DNA from: an uncultured Rickettsiales bacterium
GTDB taxonomy: Bacteria; Pseudomonadota; Alphaproteobacteria; Rickettsiales; SXRF01
Assembly (NCBI GenBank): GCA_964518725.1
Contig: CAZFKP010000015.1
Location: 1,450-65,449, forward strand
Direction of reading: 5' to 3'
Length of the DNA: 64,000 nucleotides
Within the stretch, counting starts at the first letter, position 1; each line of letters begins with the position of its first letter. The notes beneath the pieces were generated by a model. It did not search any database. It was not told the origin of the DNA and worked only from the letters and a program-made list of their open reading frames with translations. Made by a program: the position numbers and the translations under genes. Of the stretch, positions 53,432 to 64,000 are shown piece after piece.

Positions 53432-55630
53432 ATGGTAAGAGAGACAGCGGATTGGCACAAGAACAAAGGCTTGGGCGGCGAAAATTTTGGCACACAGGCT
53501 CGCGAACAAGCCGATAGGCTGATGGGCAAAGCCGACCCGCGCCGCGACCCGCAACAGGCTCAAGCAAGCCTGCCTGCTGAATCGCTTGGCAATCTTGGGT
53601 TCCTATCGCCATCCGCCCCCGCTTCCGCACCAACACGGCTTCCGGAAACAATTATCGATAAAAGTAATCTCGCCCTGTTGAGTGCGGTAGAGCACCAACG
53701 TCAGCAGGCAAAAATATTTTCCCAAGGCAAATATGCCTGGGCATCGGAATTCTTTGGGGAAGGTGAAAGCCTGCCCAGAAGCAATGATTTAAAATCAATT
53801 GACCTTGCCGGTGCAGAAGAGCTGAGAATTTTTTCCGGATTACCAATTCAAAGCGAGAACGATGGTGACGTCAAGCAGTGGATGGCCTATGGAACGGATA
53901 AGCTCCTCACTAGCACAAACGATCTCGTTAGGAATATTGAGGACAAACAAAAACGCGAAGGCGGCGCGCAATATGACGCCATTCTTGGAGAAGCAAGAAA
54001 AGCTGCTGAGGCCGCAAGCAAACTTGAGCGTGAAAGGCTTAGAATCGAAACAGAATACCAAAGAAGTTTAGACGGTCTTGCCACGCGGTCAGAAGAGGCA
54101 GAATGGAACACCCTAGAGCTATCGCTAGATGAACAGGAAAAGGCTAGAGAAAGGCTCAATCAAGAAAGACGTGAATTAAACGAACGCTACCGCGCTGATA
54201 TGTATGCGCTGCTCGACCAGGCGCGCGATGCTACGCAAAATTATAAGGTTGCCGAAGCAAAAAGAAACCTGGCGGATGCAGAATTGACCGGTGATGTCGA
54301 TAAAATTGCGGATGCCCAGTATGCGCTGCGCCAACAGGTCGAGATGCGTAACTTGACTAAGGATGCAGGAACGAGTGCCGCAGCTGACTCCAAGAACGCG
54401 GCTCAGTATCAGGCCGATATCAAAGCTGGCGAGGCAGCACGTCAGGCGCTTCGTGCACAAAAAATAGACGAGTTTGTTGCCGGTGTCACACCACAAATCC
54501 AAGAAGAATATAAACAAAAAATCTCGGCGGCCAGATTAAAATTCAGTACCAGCCCCGATCAGGCGGATGAAGCAGTCAAAGACCTTGAACAACAACGCAA
54601 CGCGCTTTTAAAGCGCTTGGCAGACAAGGGAAAAGATGAACAGCTTGCCAGCCAGATGGAATTCATCACCGAACGGCTCAATAATAACGAACCTCCCCTG
54701 TCTGAGGCCGGCATTAAAGACGCCCGCAGCCGCATGATTGTCGCTGCCGCAGAATACAAAGGCGATTCACGCGATTTTGCGAGCCACTTCTTTTCCAATG
54801 ATCTGGATCTCGCTGCCACCATGGCGCCGGTAAAAATCGGTGGGTTGCAGGGCACCCTTATCACTAGGGATAAAAATGGCGATAAAAATGCCGGGATGGT
54901 TAGCATCAATCCGAAGGATGTTGCTGAAATTAAAATTGTTGGCCAGGGTGAGAATGCTTACGTGGAAGTTATGACCAGAGGAGGTCGAGGCAACTTCATC
55001 CGCGTCACGGGTAGCGCGGCGGAGAAAATGATTAAAAATGGCCTTGATCTTTCCGATACGACCGGTGCGGTACTGGTCACCGTCGATATGAGCACAGGCA
55101 TAGGCTATGAAGGGCGCAAACTTGTACTGCTCGGAACGAATGGGCACGACATTCGCCTGAATTCAAGCGGTGGAATACAATTAGGTACACTTGATGTCAA
55201 TCCCGAAGGCAGGGCGAATATGTTTGCCGCTGTCCAGTCGGTAGGAGACAGCGACCCGAGCATTGCCGAACGTGCCGGCAGGAGCATGCTTAATGCCCGT
55301 ATCGCCGCTGCCAAAAAACAACACAGCTCCGGAAAGTACATGATGGCGCGGCTGGACGTTGATAATGACGGCCGCCTATCTGGCGATGAGCTGGCGCTGC
55401 TAGATGCGAACGGCGACAACCAACTTGATAAGCGCGAGCTTGCCGCAATCTCAGGAGCACTCTCTGGGATACAGGGGGCGGGATTAAAACAGCTTCAGGA
55501 TCTCAACAAGGGAACCCTGACGGCAATTGATATTGCTACGCTTGGCGATGTCATGTTGCCAAGTGCACGCGGCAAGCCAGACCAGCAGCTTGCCCAGAAC
55601 AACGTGTCACCAGTCAGACCCCGCAGATAG
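53432..55630 (+). CDS. Large coiled-coil protein with two C-terminal EF-hand-like loops; function unknown
   Basis: About 730 aa with long heptad-like K/E/Q/A-rich stretches. DVDNDGRLSGDE and DANGDNQLDKRE fit the DxDxDG EF-hand loop. It lies directly downstream of flhB. Start taken at ATG 53432 (the track uses TTG 53417). Confidence 0.5.
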   Translation: MVRETADWHKNKGLGGENFGTQAREQADRLMGKADPRRDPQQAQASLPAESLGNLGFLSPSAPASAPTRLPETIIDKSNLALLSAVEHQRQQAKIFSQGKYAWASEFFGEGESLPRSNDLKSIDLAGAEELRIFSGLPIQSENDGDVKQWMAYGTDKLLTSTNDLVRNIEDKQKREGGAQYDAILGEARKAAEAASKLERERLRIETEYQRSLDGLATRSEEAEWNTLELSLDEQEKARERLNQERRELNERYRADMYALLDQARDATQNYKVAEAKRNLADAELTGDVDKIADAQYALRQQVEMRNLTKDAGTSAAADSKNAAQYQADIKAGEAARQALRAQKIDEFVAGVTPQIQEEYKQKISAARLKFSTSPDQADEAVKDLEQQRNALLKRLADKGKDEQLASQMEFITERLNNNEPPLSEAGIKDARSRMIVAAAEYKGDSRDFASHFFSNDLDLAATMAPVKIGGLQGTLITRDKNGDKNAGMVSINPKDVAEIKIVGQGENAYVEVMTRGGRGNFIRVTGSAAEKMIKNGLDLSDTTGAVLVTVDMSTGIGYEGRKLVLLGTNGHDIRLNSSGGIQLGTLDVNPEGRANMFAAVQSVGDSDPSIAERAGRSMLNARIAAAKKQHSSGKYMMARLDVDNDGRLSGDELALLDANGDNQLDKRELAAISGALSGIQGAGLKQLQDLNKGTLTAIDIATLGDVMLPSARGKPDQQLAQNNVSPVRPRR

Positions 55631-55687
55631 CGACAAGATAGAGAAAAAACAGTTGTCTATCCGCTATTAATTCCCTACACAGGGAGT

Positions 55688-56710
55688 ATGGCTATTCGTT
55701 ACAGCGACATGGGAATTGATGCAATCGGCGCACGGGACTTTGTTGCCCGCCAGCGCACGCCTACTATGGCTCAATTGGTAATCATCATCCTCAGTGCATT
55801 CCTAATCGGGGCAAGCCTCGTTGTCTCAGTACACAACATATTGGCGCTTCTTACCACTCTGTTTGCCTTGTTCGCCGCCATCGGCTGGTACGTCATCTAC
55901 CAGCTCATGCGTTACCGCGACATGCTACTGGTTACGGAATTCCAGAATGCCCTGTTTGCATCTGCCATGGGACTGCATAATAAATTTTGCCTGATCATTA
56001 AACGCGACGGTTCGATTATCTATCTCGATCGCTCATTCCAGAATTTATTTCCGGATTTTGCAAAGCAGCCCGTCCGCAATCTTGATGTGTTACTTAAACA
56101 CGGCAAAGTAGAGAAAGTAGATATTGATCGAGTGCAGGGCGCCATTGAACACGGCACCTATGAGAAGGTCGTCTTTAACATTACCGATGCCCAGGGCATC
56201 ATCCACAATGTTATCTTGTCCGTGGAGCCGATCATGCGCCCGTCCGGCTTTACCATGCTGCGTGGCCGTGAGTTCGTTGAAGAACGTAGCGTTAACAACA
56301 TCACCGCTAACGGGAATAATGTTTTCAGTAAATCCTCTATGACGCTTTTTTCCCATATCATCGAGAGCCTCAAAATGGGTGTATATATCAGCTCTCCAAC
56401 GGGCGTGATTGTTTATTGCAATCCGCTGCTTGAAGAATGGCTGGGCTATGGCGAGGGTGAGATCGTTTCCCGGAATTTAAGTATCAACAATCTGATTCCT
56501 GTCGGCAGGAATGATAACATGTCTACCGAACCGGTGGATGTAGAAGGTTCTGTGCAAATGGAACGCAAAGTTGGTGGGTTTATCAAAGCATTCTTAAACC
56601 AGCGCGTTATCTATAGTGATACGGGTAAACTTATTGGCTGCACGGCAGTCGTGCACCTGTATCACGACGAAGCTGACAAAAACCTCGATGTAAAAAAAAA
56701 GACCTTCTGA
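55688..56710 (+). CDS. cckA: CckA-type hybrid histidine kinase, N-terminal sensor part (TM plus PAS-like modules)
   Basis: Two TM helices followed by PAS-like repeats. It ends ...LDVKKKTF* in an A9 run, immediately before the kinase ORF. Confidence 0.6.
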   Translation: MAIRYSDMGIDAIGARDFVARQRTPTMAQLVIIILSAFLIGASLVVSVHNILALLTTLFALFAAIGWYVIYQLMRYRDMLLVTEFQNALFASAMGLHNKFCLIIKRDGSIIYLDRSFQNLFPDFAKQPVRNLDVLLKHGKVEKVDIDRVQGAIEHGTYEKVVFNITDAQGIIHNVILSVEPIMRPSGFTMLRGREFVEERSVNNITANGNNVFSKSSMTLFSHIIESLKMGVYISSPTGVIVYCNPLLEEWLGYGEGEIVSRNLSINNLIPVGRNDNMSTEPVDVEGSVQMERKVGGFIKAFLNQRVIYSDTGKLIGCTAVVHLYHDEADKNLDVKKKTF

Positions 56711-56718
56711 AGCAACCG

Positions 56719-58278
56719 ATGACGAACAGTTCTAGCAGTTCTGAAAATATCCTCGACCAATTCATCGCGTTGTCGCCCATTCCCATGGCCTTGTTAGATA
56801 AAAAAGGCACCCTCCTGTTTGGCAACCATGCATTCCATGCGCTGACGCAGCGTACGCTGACCAATGCTTTGCCCATTTATTTTGAAACACTATTTACTCC
56901 GGACAAACAGGAAGAAATGCGTGCACGTATCGCACAATTCAGCCAAGGGCATATCACCAACGAACCGGTGATACTCGAGCTAACCCTTCCCAACCGCGGA
57001 GAGATGATTATATCTTGCTATGCAAGTGAATTCAGCGAATCGCATATTCTTCTTCACCTGATCAATATCACGGAGCAGAAACACCTCGAACTGCGTTTTG
57101 CCCATTCACAAAAAATGCAGGCAGTGGGTCAGCTGGCCGGTGGCGTTGCTCACGACTTTAATAACCTTCTGACGGCAATGATTGGTTTCTGCGACCTGCT
57201 GCTCATGCGTCACCCAGCGGGAGACCAGTCGTTTGCCGATATCATGCAAATCAAGCAGAATGCTAACCGTGCGGCCAACCTTGTGCGTCAGCTACTGGCT
57301 TTCTCACGCCGGCAAACGCTGCAACCCAAAGTCGTCGACCTTACCGACGTGCTTGCGGAAATTTCTAACCTCGTGCGGCGGTTGATCGGCGAAAATATTG
57401 AACTAAAGATGTTTCATGGCCGCGATATCAGCAATATACGCGCCGATCAGGGGCAACTCGAACAGGTGCTGATTAACCTTGCGGTCAATGCCCGTGATGC
57501 GATGAAAGGTGGCGGTACACTGACTATCCGCACCTCGGAACGTGTGATTGACAAGCAGCACCGGCTTACAGCGGATATGATTGCACCGTCTGATGAAGAT
57601 AACGAACTTCCGGTAGGACGTTATGTGCTGGTAGAAGTCATCGATACGGGATGTGGCATTCCGCAGCACATTATCCAGAAAATATTCGAACCGTTCTTTT
57701 CTACCAAAGAAATCGGTTCCGGCACCGGCCTCGGGCTTTCCACGGTCTATGGCATTATCAAGCAAACTGGCGGCTATTTATTTGTGTCCAGTAAGGAACA
57801 AGCCGGCACTACCTTCAGCCTCTTTTTCCCGGCAGTCGCCACCGAAGAAGTCGCTGCCGAGAAAGCCAGCGAACGTGAAGCGGCACAGCGCGAAACCCAT
57901 CAGGATCTCACCGGAAACTGTACAATCTTGCTGGTGGAAGACGAAATGCCGGTACGCACGTTTGCAGCGCGGGCACTCGCCAACAAGGGCTATAAGATTA
58001 TCGAGGCCGATTGCGCCGAGACTGCGTTGGAATTGATGCAGGAACATGGCAACCTAGTGGAGATGATCGTAACCGACGTTATCATGCCTGGCATGACAGG
58101 TCCTGCCATGATTGAGAAAATCATGCCGAACTTCCCCAACATCAAGGTTATTTTCATGTCCGGCTACGCCGAAGAGGCCTTTGTGGATAATTACGGGGCA
58201 GACCGTGATTTCAATTTTCTTGCCAAACCGTTCACACTCAAGCAATTAGCTGGAAAAGTGAAAGAAGTGCTGGGATAA
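56719..58278 (+). CDS. cckA: CckA-type hybrid histidine kinase, PAS-HisKA-HATPase-receiver part
   Basis: AVGQLAGGVAHDFNNLLTAMIGFCDLLLMRH (H-box), the N/G boxes (NLAVNARDAM, GTGLGLSTVYGIIKQTGG) and a receiver (ILLVEDEMPVR...VTDVIMPGM...FLAKPF). Close by eye to Caulobacter CckA. Confidence 0.8.
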   Translation: MTNSSSSSENILDQFIALSPIPMALLDKKGTLLFGNHAFHALTQRTLTNALPIYFETLFTPDKQEEMRARIAQFSQGHITNEPVILELTLPNRGEMIISCYASEFSESHILLHLINITEQKHLELRFAHSQKMQAVGQLAGGVAHDFNNLLTAMIGFCDLLLMRHPAGDQSFADIMQIKQNANRAANLVRQLLAFSRRQTLQPKVVDLTDVLAEISNLVRRLIGENIELKMFHGRDISNIRADQGQLEQVLINLAVNARDAMKGGGTLTIRTSERVIDKQHRLTADMIAPSDEDNELPVGRYVLVEVIDTGCGIPQHIIQKIFEPFFSTKEIGSGTGLGLSTVYGIIKQTGGYLFVSSKEQAGTTFSLFFPAVATEEVAAEKASEREAAQRETHQDLTGNCTILLVEDEMPVRTFAARALANKGYKIIEADCAETALELMQEHGNLVEMIVTDVIMPGMTGPAMIEKIMPNFPNIKVIFMSGYAEEAFVDNYGADRDFNFLAKPFTLKQLAGKVKEVLG

Positions 58279-58373
58279 ACCACACGGCATTCGTTTAAAA
58301 GTTTACCTGCATTTTATATAAATCATTCAGATAGTTAATCGATGATTTATGCCTTATTGTTACAATTGTACTC

Positions 58374-58847
58374 ATGCAACACAAGCCAACGATTATTCTG
58401 CTATCGTTGCTCTATTTAGTAATGGAGATGGAAGTGGCATGGTCGCAGACCACACGCTCGCCCCAGCCGATTGAAAATTTTACCCGCAGTATTTCAGAAT
58501 ATTACCAGGCGCTCAGAAAATGCCAGAACGCCAGCGATAACCCTGCCAATATCGAAGCCGACATTAAGCGCATTCAGGAATATATGGCGAAGCTTTACCG
58601 TGAAGGCATACCTTATTGGGCACTGCCCGAACCAAATAAATTAAGTGATGATGAAAATGCCTGCAATTACTTGTTGTACCAAAGCGTCATACGCTACCAG
58701 CAGGCACGCAATGAATACGCACGGCAATATCCACGGGCAGTAATGCCGCCGAACTTTACCATCAAGCCACCCAGAAATTACCAGCCATCCAAAGAGCGTA
58801 TCTACAATGCCGATGATACTGTCCGGGATGTCGAATTTTCATGGTGA
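58374..58847 (+). CDS. Hypothetical secreted protein
   Basis: 157 aa with an N-terminal hydrophobic signal-like segment. AT-richer than its neighbours. No family recognised. Confidence 0.4.
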   Translation: MQHKPTIILLSLLYLVMEMEVAWSQTTRSPQPIENFTRSISEYYQALRKCQNASDNPANIEADIKRIQEYMAKLYREGIPYWALPEPNKLSDDENACNYLLYQSVIRYQQARNEYARQYPRAVMPPNFTIKPPRNYQPSKERIYNADDTVRDVEFSW

Positions 58848-58888
58848 TTTTATCTTGATCCCTTCATGGTAGCGATTACCATGAAGAA

Positions 58889-59542
58889 ATGTCATGGCTG
58901 GAACCTGTCGACCAATATTGTGAACGGCTGGATGCATCGTGGTTCTCCGAACCGCTGAACGCAGCAAGCAATCTGGCATTCTTGATTGCCGCATGGCTGC
59001 TTTATCGTCTGTACCATACGGCTCCGAAGCCTAATCCGGCATTTCCGCTAGTGATTCTAATTGCCGTAGTCGGCGTTGGAAGCACGCTGTTCCATGTATT
59101 CGCCAATAAGCTGACGATGCTTGCCGACGTCCTACCCATCGCGATGTTCGTATTTATGTATCTCTGGCTGGTGCTGCGTTACCTGGCAGGATGCAGTAGA
59201 TTGCAATCCGCCATGTGCCTTGCCGGCTTTGTCATACTGGCGATCGCCGCTGAAAACATCCCCACCCCTTACCGTCTGAACGGCTCAGTATCCTACGCGC
59301 CATGCTTACTGTCTTTGCTATTGCTGGCGGCTTACCTGCGCCACCGTAACCGCAATGCCTCCCGTCTGTTGCTGGTGGCGGCAATGATTTTCGCCATATC
59401 TCTGACTTTCCGCAGCATCGATATGGTGCTCTGCGATGCCGTGCCATCCGGAACCCACATTTTATGGCATCTACTGAACGGAATCGTACTTTATTTGCTC
59501 GGCAAAGCCGCGATGTTCCACGCCCGCAAACCATCGAAATAG
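58889..59542 (+). CDS. Ceramidase-like (alkaline phytoceramidase family) membrane protein
   Basis: Seven-TM-like protein with EPLNAASNLAF near the N-terminus and GTHILWHLLNG near the C-terminus. Confidence 0.45.
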   Translation: MSWLEPVDQYCERLDASWFSEPLNAASNLAFLIAAWLLYRLYHTAPKPNPAFPLVILIAVVGVGSTLFHVFANKLTMLADVLPIAMFVFMYLWLVLRYLAGCSRLQSAMCLAGFVILAIAAENIPTPYRLNGSVSYAPCLLSLLLLAAYLRHRNRNASRLLLVAAMIFAISLTFRSIDMVLCDAVPSGTHILWHLLNGIVLYLLGKAAMFHARKPSK

Positions 59543-59602
59543 CCATTGCATGGCGTGGTAAAACGTGTAAATCTTTGGCAAATCATTTTCATGGGGGATG
59601 CA

Positions 59603-60637
59603 ATGGATAAGAATAAAGCACTTGAAACCGCACTCAGCCAAATCGAAAAAGCCTTCGGTAAAGGCTCGATCATGAAGCTCGGTGACACCGCGAACGCCGA
59701 AGCCATGGAAGCCATCTCCACCGGCTCGCTGGGGCTGGATATTGCGCTCGGCATCGGTGGGTTGCCGAAAGGCCGCGTCGTGGAAATTTACGGCCCGGAA
59801 TCGTCGGGTAAAACCACCCTCACCCTGCATGTCATCGCCGAATGCCAGAAAAAAGGTGGCACCTGCGCCTTCATCGACGCCGAACACGCGCTCGACCCGG
59901 TCTATGCCAAAAAACTCGGTGTGAATATCGACAACCTCCTCATTTCACAACCCGATACCGGCGAGCAGGCGCTCGAAATCACCGATACACTGGTTCGCTC
60001 AGGCGCTATCGACCTGATCGTGGTCGATTCCGTGGCCGCGCTCGTGCCGAAAGCCGAGATTGACGGCGAGATGGGCGATTCCCACATGGGCCTGCAAGCG
60101 CGCCTCATGTCGCAGGCACTCCGCAAGCTCACCGGCAGCATTTCGCGCACCAACTGCACCATCATTTTCATCAACCAGATCCGCATGAAAATCGGTGTGA
60201 TGTTCGGCAACCCGGAGACCACCACCGGCGGCAATGCACTGAAATTCTATGCTTCCGTGCGCCTCGACATCCGCCGCACCGGCAGCATCAAGGATAAGGA
60301 AGAAGTCGTCGGCAACACCACCAAAGTGAAAGTCGTGAAAAACAAAGTGGCGCCCCCCTTCCGCCAGGTGGAATTCGATATCATGTATGGCGAAGGCATT
60401 TCCAAGGTCGGCGAACTCATCGACCTCGGCGTGAAAGCCAATATCGTCGAAAAATCCGGCAGCTGGTTCTCTTACGGCAGCGACCGCATCGGCCAGGGCA
60501 AGGAAAACGCCAAGCAATATTTGAAAGACAACCCAACGGTGGCCGCTGACCTTGAGAAAAAGATCCGCGACAATGCCGGCGCCATCAGCAATGCGCTGAA
60601 AGGCGAGGAAAAAGAAGTGGCGGAGGATGCGGCGTAA
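59603..60637 (+). CDS. recA: Recombinase RecA
   Basis: [28 protein letters not shown]... and Walker [10 protein letters not shown]. The track ORF (from 59546) is extended at the N-terminus. Confidence 0.97.
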   Translation: MDKNKALETALSQIEKAFGKGSIMKLGDTANAEAMEAISTGSLGLDIALGIGGLPKGRVVEIYGPESSGKTTLTLHVIAECQKKGGTCAFIDAEHALDPVYAKKLGVNIDNLLISQPDTGEQALEITDTLVRSGAIDLIVVDSVAALVPKAEIDGEMGDSHMGLQARLMSQALRKLTGSISRTNCTIIFINQIRMKIGVMFGNPETTTGGNALKFYASVRLDIRRTGSIKDKEEVVGNTTKVKVVKNKVAPPFRQVEFDIMYGEGISKVGELIDLGVKANIVEKSGSWFSYGSDRIGQGKENAKQYLKDNPTVAADLEKKIRDNAGAISNALKGEEKEVAEDAA

Positions 60638-60728
60638 ATATAGTCATTGGTCGTTAGTCGTTGGTCTTTGGTGATTTTTTACCAATAACTACCGACTGCC
60701 GACCAAAGACTAAAGACCAGAGACTAGT

Positions 60729-61025
60729 ATGCAATTCCTCCTCACCGCCTACGATGCCACCGATCCCGATGCCCTAAACCGCCGGATGGCGAATCGTGAA
60801 GCGCATCTGGCTACCATCGAGCGTTACCGCGCCTCCGGCAATATGCATATGGGCGCGGCAATTTGTGATGAGGCGGGAAAAATGATCGGCTCCTGCATCG
60901 TCTGTGAATTTCCAAGCCGTGCAGAACTGGACGCATGGCTGGCCGCCGAACCTTATGTGGCGGGAAAAGTGTGGGATAAAGTCACCATCACCGAATGTAA
61001 AATCGGGCCAAGCTTTTTGAAATAG
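60729..61025 (+). CDS. YciI-family protein
   Basis: 98 aa, ...RMANREAHLATIERYRASGNMHMGAAI...AAEPYVAGKVW... Confidence 0.6.
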   Translation: MQFLLTAYDATDPDALNRRMANREAHLATIERYRASGNMHMGAAICDEAGKMIGSCIVCEFPSRAELDAWLAAEPYVAGKVWDKVTITECKIGPSFLK

Positions 61026-61035
61026 TGCGAGCAGC

Positions 61036-61557
61036 TTAGTGAATCGCGACGGACGGCTGCTTCATCAGGTCGCTGTGGGTTTTGACCACGTCTTGCCATT
61101 TTTTATTATCGGCACGTTGATTATGTTCATACTCCGCCGCGCAGCTTTTGGGCGTCGTCAGCTCACGTTGTTCGCCCATGCACTGGGCATTCTTGCGCGC
61201 CAAACGTTCGTCCTGCAGGCATTTAACTTCCGTGAATTCTTCTTGCGCCATGTAGGTACTAACAGCGCCGATGATCGTAACGGCAATCATAACGCTCGCT
61301 GTAACCACAGCAGGCGAAACAGCCATTCCCGCACTGGTTAAAGCACTACTTAAGGTTGCGGTACCCGGTGCAGCCTCAGCAATTCCGCTGATGGCCATGT
61401 TGATCAGCCCACCAAGAACGCTGAAGAATGCCGCGCCGCCTACGGCGCTATAAAGCGCTCCCAGAAAGGAATGCCGCGTCGTATCCTTGCGGTAGCGGCG
61501 CTCATATTCTTCATCGGAAATCATTTGCTCGTTAATCATTTGCTCGTTCACGGGCAT
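61036..61557 (-). CDS. Hypothetical membrane protein
   Basis: 173 aa with two Gly/Ala-rich hydrophobic spans. The N-terminus contains a perfect 15-bp tandem duplication (NEQMI x2). Confidence 0.4.
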   Translation of the reverse strand: MPVNEQMINEQMISDEEYERRYRKDTTRHSFLGALYSAVGGAAFFSVLGGLINMAISGIAEAAPGTATLSSALTSAGMAVSPAVVTASVMIAVTIIGAVSTYMAQEEFTEVKCLQDERLARKNAQCMGEQRELTTPKSCAAEYEHNQRADNKKWQDVVKTHSDLMKQPSVAIH

Positions 61558-61650
61558 CCCTCATATTTCCTTGATTATACATAAAGATATGGCATATAGA
61601 GTGTGACAATTTGATGAAAAACAAATTACACATACAATTCATACTGTTAT

Positions 61651-64000
<2,350 letters not shown>

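Noticed and set aside
59450-59602. I searched upstream of recA for an alphaproteobacterial SOS box (GTTC-N7-GTTC / GAAC-N7-GAAC).
   Set aside because: Only partial matches were seen (GTTC-N7-GCAA; GAAC-N7-TACT). No convincing LexA site can be called.

Overview
This 64-kb chromosomal window looks alphaproteobacterial, judged by PopZ, GapR/DUF2312, a CckA-type hybrid kinase, a PAS_5 protein, System I cytochrome c maturation genes and class II DAHP synthase. Most of it is housekeeping: nadA, gpsA, ccmD-E-F-G-H-I, hfq, malonyl-CoA decarboxylase, argG, metC, type-2 ileS, tolC-like, popZ, ilvD, a PMM/PGM, pheA, DAHP synthase, an LPS/O-antigen glycosyltransferase group, a P1B ATPase, ogt, recA and alaS (runs off the right edge). 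There are two flagellar blocks. One is flgH-A-G-F diverging from fliL-fliM-motE-like at 23.7-32.3 kb. The other is fliP-fliO-csrA diverging from flgB-C-fliE-fliQ-R-flhB at 47.8-53.3 kb. Three tRNAs are present: Pro-GGG, Arg-UCU and Val-GAC. I found no rRNA, CRISPR array, transposase or integrase. The non-routine content is as follows. (1) Two tandem Flp pilin genes are too short for the ORF track. (2) An orphan virB8-virB9 pair is packed head-to-tail with gpsA and nadA. (3) A ~93-bp palindromic MITE-like element occurs in three copies, two of them in frame inside ccmH and alaS. (4) The two A9 homopolymers I saw inside ORFs both sit at reading-frame breaks. One splits cckA on a dnaX-like A_AAA_AAG heptamer. 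The other truncates a LapG/BTLCP-like lipoprotein before its putative catalytic His/Asp. (5) Two non-flagellar genes sit inside the core flagellar locus, a glutamine-synthetase-fold amidoligase-like gene and a prepilin-like gene. (6) An AT-richer islet next to tRNA-Pro encodes an Rx4H (HEPN-like) protein, a DHH/DHHA1 phosphoesterase, a small membrane protein and a stand-alone paralog of the CckA sensor module. (7) csrA lies in a flagellar operon with no fliW. All functional calls come from reading the translations by eye. No database search was run.
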